Source: Camelus dromedarius
Taxonomy: Eukaryota
Assembly: GCF_036321535.1 (NCBI RefSeq)
Contig: NC_087436.1
Coordinates: 59,336,001 to 59,400,000 of the forward strand
Length of the DNA stretch: 64,000 nucleotides
Direction of reading: 5' to 3'
The translations under genes and the position numbers were made by a program. Shown here piece after piece: positions 62,501 to 64,000 of this stretch (within the stretch, counting starts at the first letter, position 1; each line of letters starts with the position of its first letter). The notes beneath the pieces are model-generated. The model saw nothing but the letters and a program-made list of their open reading frames with translations. It searched no databases and was not told where the DNA came from.

Positions 62501-64000
62501 GCTTCTTTCCAGGAAATGCACTAAGACATTCAGCTAATGAAAATGTTTGAGATTTCTCTAAACTCATCAGTTGGAATATGCTCTCAGAAGATTCATTTTT
62601 CTATTGTGTAACAAGCCTATTATGAAGGGGGAAATGTTTTTGTAATACTAAGGCTGAAAAGTTGTATCACTCCAACTGCCTTAGATTAGAAAGAGCTCAG
62701 TACATTCTATGCACAAACAGACTAAGATTCTGTGAAATACGTAGAGCAATGTCCACAACTACAATTACCTCAGTGTTTTAACTTTATGAATCAACTGCTG
62801 AATAATCCTACTCGATAAAGAACCAAGAGTTTAAAGAAGTGTAAAGGCCTTGCTCTAACATAGTTGGTCTCCACACTTTCTTAGTTGTCATTCTGTGTAA
62901 CATTCAGATCATCAAGCCAGAGCTAACTCAGAGCTTGGTTTTCTTACATCACTTTTCTTTAGAAAGGTCCAGAGCTACCTATATAACAATGAATTAGAGA
63001 TTTTGTCTGAAATGAAGATTGACAAATTCTCACTAATTGGTGGGACGAAAGTCACACAGGTTAGGATCCATTGTGTCTGCCTTGCAACCTACTCTCAAAG
63101 TGATTTTTATGCACACCATGATGTTTAAAATAAGTCTAGTACTGAATGCCAGAGACTGACAATTCCAGTTTAGATAATTATATCACTATAGCTTCCTCAC
63201 TGGGAACAATCCATATGTTTAAGCCCTGGTCTTACTCAAGATTTTGACAAAGGAAAAGTTTGTCTCTTGAGCAGATTTTACCTTTGCAAGTTTCCTGAGG
63301 TAGAATTGACTAAACAGGGAATCATAAAATAAAAGAGAAAAGATAATAGTAAAAAAAAAAAAAAAAAGTGATAATGGTAAAAGACAGAAAGAAGGAAATT
63401 ATAGGGAGAGACATCAGCTAACATTTACCCACAAAGTTGCTAGGCTAACGTATGTAGGATGAAGCTGGGATTGATGACAGTAAGAAGACACTTAGGCAAA
63501 ATGGCAATCAGGTGAAATGTGCTAATTCTACATATGGATATTCATGAAAGATTACGTGTTACCTTAAGAGTACCAGCATCAATTCTCATCACCTGTACGT
63601 ATCATTTAGAGAAAATATTCAGCCTACTTTAATAATTTTGATCCTTGGTTGGGTATGACATTCAAAATGTGCCTAACTCACTTAAAGACAATTATTGTCA
63701 TGACAACGGAGGTGATTATCCTATGAATAATAATTATGATTCACCCACCATAAAACACAATTATATTTTGATCCAGCAGCACCTGAAACAATCTCTCTGC
63801 CAATATTTATGATATTGAAAAACAGTTACATTTATTTCCCATAGTCATATATTACTAAATCACAATTGAACAAACACTTACGTGGAATTCAAAAGAATGC
63901 CTTCTACTATTTGACCTGATTACTCCCTAATAACGTCAGTACAGTTTCCACACCTATTCAGCAAAAATGAGGTTGCCCTACTTTGGAAAAATACAGGACA

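Noticed and set aside
62526..62580. Imperfect ~55-nt stem-loop as a pre-miRNA
   Set aside because: Several bulges and short helices, and no recognised mature miRNA sequence.
1..64000. CRISPR arrays, operons, rRNA or other prokaryotic-type systems
   Set aside because: The sequence is mammalian repeat-rich DNA with no regularly spaced repeat-spacer array and no dense coding organisation.

Overview
AT-rich, CpG-depleted mammalian genomic DNA that is intronic or intergenic and dominated by transposable elements. A vic-1-type tRNA-derived SINE points to a camelid (camel, llama or alpaca). No complete cellular protein-coding gene is visible, and almost all listed ORFs are noise or LINE-1 debris. 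The most notable element is a young ~3.05 kb LINE-1 derivative (39049-42102). It has a CpG-rich 5'UTR, a frameshifted ORF1, a 3'UTR, a poly(A) tail and a perfect 15-bp target-site duplication (TSD), but lacks nearly all of ORF2, which resembles a 'half-L1' (HAL1) non-autonomous element. Also present: a second end-to-end but internally collapsed L1 nested in an older L1; two same-family solo LTRs about 12 kb apart; several other ERV1/ERVL/MaLR LTRs; MER5 and MER46C-like DNA transposons; MIR and L2 relics; microsatellites; two perfect inverted repeats; and a few candidate small exons of an unidentified minus-strand gene (best 30954-30999). Repeat family names come from recalled consensus sequences, not a database search, and boundaries of old repeats are approximate.
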